Program-made: the position numbers and the translations under genes
Part shown: piece after piece, positions 30,301 through 39,570 of the stretch
How the letters are laid out: every line of letters starts with the position of its first letter
How positions within the stretch are numbered: the stretch's first letter is position 1
The notes under the pieces: model-generated
Told to the model about the DNA's origin: nothing
Seen by the model: only the letters and a program-made list of their open reading frames with translations
Database searches by the model: none
Origin: an uncultured bacterium
GTDB taxonomy: Bacteria; Gemmatimonadota; Gemmatimonadetes; Palauibacterales; Palauibacteraceae
Length of the DNA stretch: 55,143 bases
Assembly (NCBI GenBank): GCA_965370685.1
Contig: CBDUVN010000001.1
Coordinates: 67,763-122,905, forward strand
Reading direction: 5' to 3'

Positions 30301-30824
30301 CGCCGTCGGTCCTTGTACCGACCGACTTCCGCCGCTTCCTCGAACAGGGATCTGCGTTCCTCGGCCCTGTCGCTGAGAATCGCATCGATCATCCTCCCCT
30401 CGATGATCGAGTAGGCATTCGCGCCGAGACCCGTATCCCTGCACAGGTCCTGGATGTCGCGGAGACGGACCGTCTGATCGTTGAGCGAATAAATGCTCTC
30501 GCCGCCACGCAGCACGGTTCGACCGATCACGACTTCGGGGTATGCGACAGGCAGGATGCCGTCTTCGTTGGACAGTTCCAGACTCACCTCGGCCCGGTGG
30601 ATCGGTTTCCGCTGCAGCGTCCCCTGGAAGATCGCTTCCTCCATCCGGCTGCCACGGATCGCGGAGGGACGCTGTTCCCCGAGCACCCAGCGAAGAGCGT
30701 CCGAGATGTTCGACTTGCCGCAACCGTTCGGCCCGACGATCGCCGTGATTCCGCCGTGGAACTCGACTTTCGTCTTATCGGCGAACGACTTGAAGCCGTT
30801 CAACGTGAGCGAGCGGATCTTCAC
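27306..30824 (-). CDS. smc: Chromosome segregation protein SMC
   Basis: GFKSFAD, GPNGCGKSN, long coiled coils with hinge, LSGGE, DEVDAPLD, ITH. Confidence 0.98.
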   Translation of the reverse strand: MKIRSLTLNGFKSFADKTKVEFHGGITAIVGPNGCGKSNISDALRWVLGEQRPSAIRGSRMEEAIFQGTLQRKPIHRAEVSLELSNEDGILPVAYPEVVIGRTVLRGGESIYSLNDQTVRLRDIQDLCRDTGLGANAYSIIEGRMIDAILSDRAEERRSLFEEAAEVGRYKDRRRTALRRLEQAEQDLHRLADVIGEVGSKVRSLARQKGRAKRYGELRERRLQLEVAVADERLSALEQRLSEVDAGLVDARRVRPELEALLATRETEHQALRIAFVEREQDRSARASRLEEVRNRLEELERRRLVTDERVTAALARIESIRLEREGLQERTDSLTAELSEAENAAESANDDLQRLQSGEAELATAVERLRERRLDVEQEEGSARESLASLLAEIGSTGAAGEALRERNRERRKDLERRLSERTEVDESETALSSGLAEQQQAALDSEAERAVLEDRLGKERVAERESRERSGELRDRITSLEGELASVKARADALTSMLTSGGDLPSIVSRLLQDPDVSDLVHGVLAEFLTVPAAAAAAVESHLGPLLHGVVVENWDSVLQVRDWLSTQEDGEGLVLLPLDPGPRGGASAEGGLVDLVEVRGAGASWARTLLAGVSSGEQEFSPSDTPWVMSDGSGQDALGVVRLGQPSSGKGVLRRRTKLAELADRKAALEGEIGEVRTARESLAGEAAELTDRAAVTERELESAATDSRRQEALREAIAERLDRTRRNLEELDDRISELRDNLAEEDPARERDVERMAALEERRAAIESALGGHRGERLGATAEWEREAGTLQQLRLDIARQEARSAAAADRARRTEEFRQDIEQRDARLQSERAELEASIERGQEELGGSEEVLHSLFEERSGLDDGLRKAQELLDESRSDVDRRETELRELRQRERASSEHLHELELESTRMRGLRATVRERLEAEWEEEFESLLDRTERPDQGTVDDWAHELEQIRQKLVSVGPVNLLAAAEHDEERERLEFLEGQKGDLEAARGDLLDSIQRINEAASVAFQEVFQQVRENFRRIFVTLFEGGEADVWLEDANDPLDSPIEISASPRGKRTQRIHLLSGGERALTALALLFAIYLAKPSPFCVMDEVDAPLDESNIGRFTAMLERFKDDTQFIVITHNSRTIEAADHVYGVTMQEPGVSKLVALDLKDLPRGQVA

Positions 30825-32278
30825 CGAGTCCTTCCCTTCCGGGTCACGAGTCGGGCAGTCTCACCAGCATCTTCGAGGGCCCGTCCGAGCACCTCAGCGG
30901 CCTGATCAGATTCATACGCACCGGAATAGACCCGGTAATTCGGCTCCTGCTCGGTTCCACCCTCCAGTCTGTATGCCGGAATCCCTGCCTCCTGAAGCTC
31001 ATCGATGCGCCGGTCTGCTTCCCGGCGCTCACTGTACGTACCGAGCTCGTAAGAAAACCGAACGGGCCGGACGTCCCATGCGCGAAGCTGCTCCTTCGCT
31101 CCCGCATCCACCAGCTCCCGCATCAGCGCTTCCGCTCCCAGTCGATCCTCGCGTGCCCCGGCGAGAATCCGGTAGTACGTACGCCCGCGGATCGGAGTAG
31201 GCGCGACAAACAACAGCAACTCATCCATGCTCAGCTCGCGAAGCTGCCGGTTCGCATCCTCCGGCAACGCGAAGCTGGCCACGAGGACGGAATACGGGAG
31301 ATCCGGTCCCGAAAACTCTGACTCGGCAGAGATCGCGCCCGAGTCGCCAGCTTCGGCCTCCGGTTCGGCAGCTCGCGCCGAGGACTGTACGTCGGTCTCC
31401 AGGCCCACGTCCGCTGCCACGACAGCGGGAGCCCCACCATCTGACCCCGCCTGGTTGCCGCCCGCTTCCCGTTTGTCGAAGGACCCCCAGGCGAGCCACG
31501 CAAGCATCAGCCCTGCCGCGACCCCGAGCCAGGGTGCCCAGGCCGGGACGCTTCCCCTCCGGTCTGAAGACTTCTCGTCAACCCGCGCGGGTGAGTCCAA
31601 CGTCTCGGCTGACACAGTCGGATCCGGCTCCTCCGCTCCCGATTGTGTCGACGCTTCCCGCGCCGTGGAGGGCCGCTCCACCCTGGCCAGCAGAGGAGCT
31701 CCCACCGTCAGCGCCAGATCTTCGACTTCGCCGATCGCGATGCACCCGTCGACCGGGAGGTCGTGGTCCGGGCCCGGTCCCCCATCCTCGTCGAGGGCTT
31801 CTTCGGCCACGTACAGGAGCAGTGTGCCGCCGTGCTCTGCTACACGCCGCAGAAGGCTCCGGAATGCAGGGATCTCGCGCAGACGGCCCAATGGGAGCGC
31901 CGGCGTCCCGGCGGGCAGATAAGCGAATGACTGCCGGGGGGCGGATCGGGCAATCGCGGAAACGGTCATCTCCCCGGACAGCGCCACAGTCAGACCGGGA
32001 AGGTCCGCGGCTTCCATCAGTCCGTCCAGCTCGGTGGCTCCGGGAATCGTATTGGCAAGAAACGTTCGACCCCGTCTTCTGCCTACGATGTCTGCCAGAC
32101 CGACGGCGACTCCGGCCGCCCATGCGCCGCCACCGCGCTCCCGCACGAGCGCCACCACGGACGTGCCCTCGGGCAGCCAGTGGGTGCCCTCGCCGATTCC
32201 GCCGCGCGGCGTCGCTTCATCGCGGGCCAGGTTCGAATCTCCCGACGCTGGGCCGGACTTGCTGTCAGGAATCGGCAT
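30821..32278 (-). CDS. Membrane protein: degenerate MinD/BY-kinase-like N-domain, TM, two SPOR domains
   Basis: TM WLGVAAGLMLAWLAWG; SPOR-like YSVLVASF...YYRILAG and YELGTY...YRVYSGAY; N-domain assignment by eye. Confidence 0.75.
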   Translation of the reverse strand: MPIPDSKSGPASGDSNLARDEATPRGGIGEGTHWLPEGTSVVALVRERGGGAWAAGVAVGLADIVGRRRGRTFLANTIPGATELDGLMEAADLPGLTVALSGEMTVSAIARSAPRQSFAYLPAGTPALPLGRLREIPAFRSLLRRVAEHGGTLLLYVAEEALDEDGGPGPDHDLPVDGCIAIGEVEDLALTVGAPLLARVERPSTAREASTQSGAEEPDPTVSAETLDSPARVDEKSSDRRGSVPAWAPWLGVAAGLMLAWLAWGSFDKREAGGNQAGSDGGAPAVVAADVGLETDVQSSARAAEPEAEAGDSGAISAESEFSGPDLPYSVLVASFALPEDANRQLRELSMDELLLFVAPTPIRGRTYYRILAGAREDRLGAEALMRELVDAGAKEQLRAWDVRPVRFSYELGTYSERREADRRIDELQEAGIPAYRLEGGTEQEPNYRVYSGAYESDQAAEVLGRALEDAGETARLVTRKGRTR

Positions 32279-33773
32279 TGATTCCCGTCACCCAGCTTTG
32301 CAACTGCCTCTCTCGCTGCAGCTGCCGAGCCGCGGCATCCGCCTCGGCGCGTGTCGCGTACGGTCCAACGAGGCCACGATACCAGTCTTCGCCGGCGCGA
32401 TCTGCGATCGACTGCACCTGGACCGGGAACCCCGCTGCTCCGAGATCGCTCACGAGCGCGTCGATGCCGTCTCTCTGACGAGCTGAACCCACGATGGCGT
32501 AGTAGCCGACTGGAACGTCCGGTGGAATGGCCCGCTCGGTTACCGGTTGGTCGCCCTCCGCCTCGGGCCCGGTCACGTCCGGCGCAGGGCGGCCGGGGGA
32601 GACGGCCAGTGGACGACCCTCGAGTTCATCGACGAAGCCGCGGGGAATCGGAGTCCAGCGAACAGGCAGCCACGCGGCACTGGCCGTTACCTCGAGCGGA
32701 TCTCCCTCGATCCGGCCGTCGGGGCCCACCAGTGACACTGCACCGCCGGTTCGAGACACTACGAACCCGTCCGGCAGGCCAAGTGGCAGATCCGCACCCC
32801 AGTCTCCGGGAATCAGAACCATGTGTCCGTCGTCCGCTTCGATGCGCCACGTCCGTTCACCATCGAACACGAGGAGGTATTCACCGAACAAGCTGGGGCG
32901 AATCTCTACCGGAGGCCGATCGAGGCGGGCGAGCGAGCGCGTGGTAAACGAGAATCGATTGATAACCACGACACCCGGGGGATCGCTGACGCCGGCATAC
33001 AACTCGTGTGACGAGGGCGAAGCCGCGAGGGCCGTAACGTCTCCGTCGAGCTCCACTCGGCCGGCCGTCTCCATCGGTTCCACCGTGAGGACTTGCACCG
33101 ACCTGCCGTCCTCGGAATCGACGAAGACCAGTCTGCGGCCCCACGCCGTCACCAGACCCGGTCCGCGTACTGCAACACTGGCTTCACCGGAGGGTTCTTC
33201 CGCTCCGTGCGGCACGAGCCACAACTCCGGCCCCGGACGCAACACCACGATGCCATCGTGCACGGCGGCAGCCCAATCGACCGCGCCGCCGACATCGTAG
33301 CGCCAGGCCCGATCGGGAAGCACTGCGAGGATCTCTCCACTCGCGCCGTTGACGAAAACGCCACCCTGATCGGAGCCCACCCATCTGACCGCCTCTCCCT
33401 GCAGACGATCGAGTGTTTCGACGGCATCGGCCGCCGGATCGAATCGGGAGACCGATCCATCTCCGGACCTCAAGACGACCGAAGAACCGCCGACCGAGCG
33501 GACTTCATCGAACGCTGGGAGCTCCGTCTCGCTCTCCCACGCGGTCTCCCGTGGATTGCGCATCGGCCGGAGAGTGGCTGTTCCACCCGAGGGGTCCAGC
33601 ACGAGAACGCCCCACTCGTCGAGCGTCGACCCGACCACGAGCTCCGTACCATGAAGCTCCGGAGCCCGGCTGCCTGTCCCGTCGGTCGACTCACCTCCCC
33701 CACCGCATGCTGCCGCGAAGAGTACCCCTGTGAGGACTCGAAATCCGAGATTCTGTCGATGATATCGCGTCAA
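32265..33773 (-). CDS. Lipoprotein with probable beta-propeller and C-terminal SPOR domain
   Basis: Lipobox FAAA-C after TTG 33773; repeated short beta-strand blades; YYAIVGS...WYRGLVGPYATRAEA. Confidence 0.78.
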   Translation of the reverse strand: MTRYHRQNLGFRVLTGVLFAAACGGGGESTDGTGSRAPELHGTELVVGSTLDEWGVLVLDPSGGTATLRPMRNPRETAWESETELPAFDEVRSVGGSSVVLRSGDGSVSRFDPAADAVETLDRLQGEAVRWVGSDQGGVFVNGASGEILAVLPDRAWRYDVGGAVDWAAAVHDGIVVLRPGPELWLVPHGAEEPSGEASVAVRGPGLVTAWGRRLVFVDSEDGRSVQVLTVEPMETAGRVELDGDVTALAASPSSHELYAGVSDPPGVVVINRFSFTTRSLARLDRPPVEIRPSLFGEYLLVFDGERTWRIEADDGHMVLIPGDWGADLPLGLPDGFVVSRTGGAVSLVGPDGRIEGDPLEVTASAAWLPVRWTPIPRGFVDELEGRPLAVSPGRPAPDVTGPEAEGDQPVTERAIPPDVPVGYYAIVGSARQRDGIDALVSDLGAAGFPVQVQSIADRAGEDWYRGLVGPYATRAEADAAARQLQRERQLQSWVTGINADS

Positions 33774-33917
33774 GTGGCGCGCCTCTGCGAAGTTGCGTCT
33801 GGCCAGGTCAATACTCCACCCCGGACACCCGGCCGCGGCAAACTGCTCAGCGGAACGACGACCCGCAAGAAAGGCCGTCGCCTCACCTCCGTCCACGCCC
33901 GATGTACAGGGAGAGAT

Positions 33918-36900
33918 TCAGAAGATCTGTCCGAGCGAGATCGACCAGATACTGCGCCCGAAACGGGACCCGCGACCCGGGGCCATCGCGAAATCGAGCC
34001 TCAGAATGGCGAAGAACAGGTTGAGCCGGAGTCCAACCCCATAGCTGGCGAGCGGCTCGCGGTACAGCACGATGTCCTGGCCCGGCTTGCGGTTCCATGT
34101 GAGAGTCGAGAATCCAGGAGTCCAGGCGACGCCGATGTCGAAGAAGAAGGCGGCATCGATCGGGGGAAAATTCATCGGCAACCAGGCGTCCTTGATCGAG
34201 TTGAGAACCGGAACCCGAATTTCGGAATTGAGAAGAAGCACACTGGAACCGATCAACTGTGTCTGGGCGGGACAGAAGAAGTCGAGTGCCGTCTCGGCCT
34301 TCGAAAGCTGGCACTCGAGGGCACCATAGGACCCGACGTCGTATCCACGCAGATAGTACGGACCGCCCCAGGCAAGCTCGAATTCCCGCGCGTCCTCGTT
34401 GCTCGAAGTACTGAGTCGAGTAAACGAAAGGAAACGCTGAGCGAACAGCAACGGACCGAACAGCGGTGTGTAATGCCGCACATCCGCGATGACATCCGCC
34501 AGGTTCAGGTCTCCGATCGACGAAGAGACGCTCAAGCGCAGTCGTCGCCCGCCGATCGCGCCGGTGAATCCCCCGAGCGAGTTGTCGAACATGTAGCTCA
34601 TGGAGGGCTTCACGAATGCTCGCGTCGGCCCGTCGAGCGTGAACGAGAAGTTATCGTTGCTCTCCAGTACCAGGCCCCGCAGCACCAGGTCGGTCTGAAT
34701 GCTGGATGCTTCGATATTGAAGTCCACTCTGGAGAATGTGCTGAACGGGTACTGAGCCAGGATTCCGACCGACCGGAACTGGTCACGCTGGAACAGATCG
34801 TACTCTCCGATCAGTCCAGGTCTTCCCGGCACTTCGCCGAATTTTCGGCCCAGAAACCGGAAAAATGGATATTGCTGAGCCGAGACACCGAAGTTGATTC
34901 GATTCTTGAGATACGTGTACTGCGTCAGAATCCGGGCGTTGTCGAACGAGCCATGGATGTCTGCGGCGATCACCATGTTATGATTGCCCAGCATGTCCGA
35001 CAGAGTGAGGAATGATCCGCCGTAGATCCCTCCCCCGTAGAATCCTCCCGCCTGTACCCCGATCGTCGGGCGCCCCACGATATCCGGGCTCAGGCTGACG
35101 TTGTAGTCCCGGTAGGCCAGGGTCGCCGTGTCCGGCAGTGACAGGGTGGCCGAATCGAGCAGGGCCTGCACCGATAGTCGACCGGGATCGCGGAGCGCAG
35201 CGAGTGCTTCTGGATCCTCACCGTAGTCGGATCGTCTGAATCCCTCGTCAGTCAGATAGAACGACCTGGGCTCACCTTCCTCCGCCGTGGTGACCTCGCC
35301 ACCGCCTGGCCGGGATTCCACCACGCGTTCTCGACCGAGCTGCGACGCCGCCGTGGCCGGCTTGCCTGCCGGTCCGGCAGGACGCGCGAACTTCAGCGGA
35401 TCATCAATCGTGTAGATGTTGAAGCCGGCTTCTTCGAAGTAAGAGAAGGCGATCCGGTCAGCATCGCGGGCCCAGGAGAGTCCCGGACTTGTGAGGAGCG
35501 CGCCCGCGCCCATCACCCCGGTCATTGCCCTGGTCAACCGCAGCGTCGCGCCCGTATCCAGTTCGTGAAGGTATGCGTCGAACAGTCCTTCACGGGTGGA
35601 TAGATAGGCGATGGTACGTCCGTCAGGAGACCAGGCGGGGTTGATCGACAACCCGCCCTCCTGGCCTGCCAGAAGTTCCTGTTCGCGCGTCTCGAGATCG
35701 AGCAGCGCGATCCGCAGCGGGCCGAACATGAGCAGATCCAGGTTCGTTTCAGGCGTCCTGTCAGTCGCGAACGCGATCGTCCTCCCGTCCGGCGACCACG
35801 ACGGATGAAGCTGTGCGTATCTGTCCGCCGTCAACTGCTCCATGTCGTCGGTCCTGGTGTCCCAGACGTACAGGTCGCTGACCCCGCCGAGCAATCCGGT
35901 GAACACGATTCGACGCCCATCGGGTGACCAGGCAGGCGTCTGGACCCCGTTCAGCTCGGGCGTCCACGTCGCTTCGATCTGGCCGGTACGCACGTTGGCG
36001 ATGTGAATCGCGTCTCTCCCGGTGGACTGGGCAACGAAGGCGACCCGGTCCCCGTCCGGCGACCAGGATGATGCCGAGGTCAGGTAACGAAGACTCTCGA
36101 AACTGCCGCTGCGGGCGGACTTTATCAGGGTCCGTTTCGGTTCTCCGGTCTCGGCGTCGGCGAGATACAGGTCAAAGAAGCCGTACAGGTCATGACCCTG
36201 GTCCGACAGGTACACCAGTTCGGTACCGTCCGGCGACAGTGCCGGCGCGATGAATGTCGGGGACTTTCCACGCCCGGTCGGGAATGAGTGCGTCGTGATC
36301 CGGGTCGCGATCGCACGCACGTCGTCCGCCCGTGAGATCTGTGGCAGGTAAGCGGCTCGGACCGCATCGTGCCATTCCCTGGACAGATCTCCGAGAGTAA
36401 CGCCGAGCGTGCGCTCGAACGCCCGGTCGGGCCCCATGGCCGCCGATCGTTTCAGCAGCAGTCCGATCGTCTCGTCGCCCCACTTCGTTCCGATATAATT
36501 CCACAGCGACTGCCCGAATCGATAGCTCAGAAAGTCGTTGAAGCGCTCCATTTCATCGATCGTACGGAGGTAGCCGGACAGCGAGGCATCTGTCAGCCAG
36601 GCGACGGTCTTCGCATCGATCTCACCCACCGACAGGTACTCGGCCATCCCTTCCATGAACCACAGGCTGGGAACGAAGGCAAATGGCGAAGCCGTGGCCT
36701 GGACCGTGTTCCGCTTGAGAATGTCGAACTGGAAGGAGTGGACCAGCTCGTGCCCCAGCACATGCTCGAATTCAGCATACGACCCGGTCAGAGGCAGCAG
36801 TACCCGGTCCCTCAGCGACTCCGTCACGCCACCGGTCGACTCGTCGATATGCCCGCCGAGTACGTTGGTCTGCTGGAAGTCGGACTGGGAGGCATAGAGA

Positions 36901-37169
36901 ATGATCGGCTTCCGGTCCTGGAAGTCATGATCCAGGAGTCGGCTCAGGCGACCGTAGATCCGCTCCGCCATCCGGGCAGCATCGAGCGCGGCCTCGCGTT
37001 CCTCTTCGTAAAAGAATACGTCGAAATGTGTGGTTTCGATAATGCGGAATTCGCGGGGTTGATACTGCACCTTGTTCGGGCCCACCTGGGCCCTGGCCGG
37101 TGTCACGACCACGACACCAAGAGCCGCCCAACCGGCACAGATCGCAGACAATCGGGCCCCGCGGATCAA
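33918..37169 (-). CDS. Omp85/BamA-type barrel fused to an HExxH metallopeptidase-like domain and PD40/TolB-like propeller
   Basis: Signal peptide (ARA-Q) after TTG 37169; HELVH...WFMEGMAEY; repeated P.WSPDG; LRGY lid motif; C-terminal LGQIF. Confidence 0.88.
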   Translation of the reverse strand: MIRGARLSAICAGWAALGVVVVTPARAQVGPNKVQYQPREFRIIETTHFDVFFYEEEREAALDAARMAERIYGRLSRLLDHDFQDRKPIILYASQSDFQQTNVLGGHIDESTGGVTESLRDRVLLPLTGSYAEFEHVLGHELVHSFQFDILKRNTVQATASPFAFVPSLWFMEGMAEYLSVGEIDAKTVAWLTDASLSGYLRTIDEMERFNDFLSYRFGQSLWNYIGTKWGDETIGLLLKRSAAMGPDRAFERTLGVTLGDLSREWHDAVRAAYLPQISRADDVRAIATRITTHSFPTGRGKSPTFIAPALSPDGTELVYLSDQGHDLYGFFDLYLADAETGEPKRTLIKSARSGSFESLRYLTSASSWSPDGDRVAFVAQSTGRDAIHIANVRTGQIEATWTPELNGVQTPAWSPDGRRIVFTGLLGGVSDLYVWDTRTDDMEQLTADRYAQLHPSWSPDGRTIAFATDRTPETNLDLLMFGPLRIALLDLETREQELLAGQEGGLSINPAWSPDGRTIAYLSTREGLFDAYLHELDTGATLRLTRAMTGVMGAGALLTSPGLSWARDADRIAFSYFEEAGFNIYTIDDPLKFARPAGPAGKPATAASQLGRERVVESRPGGGEVTTAEEGEPRSFYLTDEGFRRSDYGEDPEALAALRDPGRLSVQALLDSATLSLPDTATLAYRDYNVSLSPDIVGRPTIGVQAGGFYGGGIYGGSFLTLSDMLGNHNMVIAADIHGSFDNARILTQYTYLKNRINFGVSAQQYPFFRFLGRKFGEVPGRPGLIGEYDLFQRDQFRSVGILAQYPFSTFSRVDFNIEASSIQTDLVLRGLVLESNDNFSFTLDGPTRAFVKPSMSYMFDNSLGGFTGAIGGRRLRLSVSSSIGDLNLADVIADVRHYTPLFGPLLFAQRFLSFTRLSTSSNEDAREFELAWGGPYYLRGYDVGSYGALECQLSKAETALDFFCPAQTQLIGSSVLLLNSEIRVPVLNSIKDAWLPMNFPPIDAAFFFDIGVAWTPGFSTLTWNRKPGQDIVLYREPLASYGVGLRLNLFFAILRLDFAMAPGRGSRFGRSIWSISLGQIF

Positions 37170-37176
37170 GCGATTT

Positions 37177-37563
37177 CTACCTCTCTGGCGGCTCGTCCAG
37201 GATCGGGGTCGTGGGAGCGTCGCCCCACAGGTCTTCGAGCCGATAGAAGTCACGCACGCGCGGCTGGAAGATATGCACGACCACGTTGATGTAATCGAGG
37301 AGGATCCATGACGCCGGTCCCCTTCCTTCAACGCCCGACGGTCTCGACCCATGACGCCGTGTACGCTCGACAACGTTGTCAGCGATTGCCCGCGCATGGG
37401 TGTCGGAATCGCCCGATGCGATGACGAACCAGTCCGTAGCGTCTGAGAGCCCACGGAGATCGAGCAGGACCGGATCGCGTGCGTTCCGCTCGACAACCGC
37501 ATCGATGATAACCCGCAACTCGGAATTCAACTCTTCCGCGGCTGGTCGATTCCCTTCCGTCAT
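37177..37563 (-). CDS. rsfS: Ribosome silencing factor
   Basis: LDLRGLS, FVIASG, WILLDY, VVHIF, FYRLEDLWGDA; GGAGG RBS. Confidence 0.96.
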   Translation of the reverse strand: MTEGNRPAAEELNSELRVIIDAVVERNARDPVLLDLRGLSDATDWFVIASGDSDTHARAIADNVVERTRRHGSRPSGVEGRGPASWILLDYINVVVHIFQPRVRDFYRLEDLWGDAPTTPILDEPPER

Positions 37564-37597
37564 GCGCCTCCTCTATTCCGTTTCATCGCGATGAGGC

Positions 37598-39502
37598 TCA
37601 ATCTTCGATCTGGTAGGCGAGTCCCCAGGCACCCGGTCCCAGGTGGACTCCGAGCGCGGCCGTCGCGGGTCCGCATAGAATTTCCAGGGGCTCGTACCGG
37701 CGCCCGATTTCTTCTACGATGTGTTGCACCCACTCCTCTGCCGCGAAGTGAGAAACACCGAAGCGGTACCGCTTCGCCTCGATCAGACGTTCATCCAGCA
37801 GGTCGAACACGCGGTCGCGAACAGCGTCCATACCTCTCCCGCGCCCCACGGCCACGAGTCGGCCCTCGTCCGTGAACGACAGGATCGGCTTCAGGTCCAG
37901 CTTTCCGCCGAGCCAGGCCTTGGCCCGACCGACCCGGCCCGATCGCAACAGATACTCCATCGTATCGACCGTGAAGAATACGTTCGACTGGTCCCGGACG
38001 CGCTCCAGCTCCCGGACGACGTCGTCGAGGTCCATGCCCTGGTCAAGCAGCTCAACGGCCCGCACGGCGAGAAGCCCGGAACTGAGCGAACCCGATCGAG
38101 AATCCAGCGCGATCCCGTCCACTCCGTCCATCCCGCGAAGCGTTGCCGCACCGGTGCTGTAAGTTCCTGAGATCTGCGAGCTGATGTAGATGCCGAGGAT
38201 CGCCTCGGCCCCGCGGGCGAGTCCTCCCTCGTAGGCATCGATGAATGCGCGCGGAGCGGGTTGAGACGTTGTGACCGAGCCCGTCGCATCGGGCCCGTGC
38301 ATGCGTTCAAACAAACCGGCCACATCGATATCGACCCCGTCCCGGTAGGTCCGATCTCCGATCGTCACCTGCAGCGGGACCACCGACACACCATGGCGCT
38401 CAGACCACTCTCGCGGCAGGTCCGCGCCCGAGTCTACGGTGACCGAGATGTGCCGGGTAGTCCCGGAGAGCAGCGTGTCCTCTATCCGCTCGGACACGAT
38501 CTCGCCGAACCCTGCCAGCACTTCAACAACGGAGGCCGGGGCGTCCGCGTGAATGTGAACCTTGGCCAGGTTTCCCGCGTGCAGGACGATCGTGGACGTA
38601 CCGAAATGGTGTATCGCCTCCCGAATTGTCCGGTCGTCCGGGAGATCGGGACCTCGTACTGCGACCTGCGTGCAGTACCGCCCCTCGTCAGCGCCGACTC
38701 CAGCTTCGCGGGCATGATACAGCGACTTCGCTTGCCCGACGTCTTCCAGCGCGTCGGTTCGAATCTTTCCTTCGATAAACTGGACGATGCCGTCAAAGAA
38801 GCTCACGAACCCCTTCGCGCCGGCATCGACTACGCCCGCTTCTCGCAGCACCTCGAGCATCTCCTGGGTGCGTTCCAGGGACCTTTCGGCGGCGACGTGC
38901 ATGTCATTCAGCCAGTAGTAGATATCACCGGTTCCGGAAGCGGCGCGCCGTTCCGCTTCGACCGCCATGTCCCGCGCGACCGTGATAATCGTCCCTTCCC
39001 TGGGGTTTTCCAGAACGTCGTCGAGGGAGGAAGATGCTCCAGAGAGTGCCTGCGCCATTTCCACCGATCCCAACCGCTCCCGCCCGCGCACGAGTTCGGC
39101 GAAGGTGAGGAAGAAGCGGGAGAACAACATGCCGGAGTTTCCCCGTGCGGCGAGGACACTGGCTTCGGCGGCAACATCGGCTACCACCGTGAGGGAGCGG
39201 GACTCCAGGGGACGGACCGCGTCAGCAATCGACTCCAGGGTCAGGGTGAGGTTCGTTCCCGTGTCTCCATCGGGAACTGGAAACACGTTGATCCGGTCGA
39301 GCTCCTCGCGGTCCTGGCTCACGTGCCGGACACCCGCGAGAATGCTCCGCCGAAGGCGCCTTCCATCCACGTACGAGATACGCAATGGCCGCTTGACAGC
39401 GTCGGTCCCGGAGTCGGAACCCTGTGCGGTATGCGGTACGGAAGGTGATCGCCCGGACGGGATCGACAGGTCGCGATCTCCAGCGCTGTCACTCACGCGC
39501 AT
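37598..39502 (-). CDS. DAK2 (FakA-like) domain fused to DegV (FakB-like) domain
   Basis: INVFPVPDGDTGTN, ARGNSG, VVDAGAKG, KVHIHA; then DSGADLP, TTSQP, ISGTY, YLLRSGRV, LGVHLGPG. Confidence 0.92.
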   Translation of the reverse strand: MRVSDSAGDRDLSIPSGRSPSVPHTAQGSDSGTDAVKRPLRISYVDGRRLRRSILAGVRHVSQDREELDRINVFPVPDGDTGTNLTLTLESIADAVRPLESRSLTVVADVAAEASVLAARGNSGMLFSRFFLTFAELVRGRERLGSVEMAQALSGASSSLDDVLENPREGTIITVARDMAVEAERRAASGTGDIYYWLNDMHVAAERSLERTQEMLEVLREAGVVDAGAKGFVSFFDGIVQFIEGKIRTDALEDVGQAKSLYHAREAGVGADEGRYCTQVAVRGPDLPDDRTIREAIHHFGTSTIVLHAGNLAKVHIHADAPASVVEVLAGFGEIVSERIEDTLLSGTTRHISVTVDSGADLPREWSERHGVSVVPLQVTIGDRTYRDGVDIDVAGLFERMHGPDATGSVTTSQPAPRAFIDAYEGGLARGAEAILGIYISSQISGTYSTGAATLRGMDGVDGIALDSRSGSLSSGLLAVRAVELLDQGMDLDDVVRELERVRDQSNVFFTVDTMEYLLRSGRVGRAKAWLGGKLDLKPILSFTDEGRLVAVGRGRGMDAVRDRVFDLLDERLIEAKRYRFGVSHFAAEEWVQHIVEEIGRRYEPLEILCGPATAALGVHLGPGAWGLAYQIED

Positions 39503-39570
39503 CTCTCCTGGCGATTGCCGCGGGAAATGGCCGAACGATCATCGGGGCGGCCGGTAACCGGCCCGGGGCA

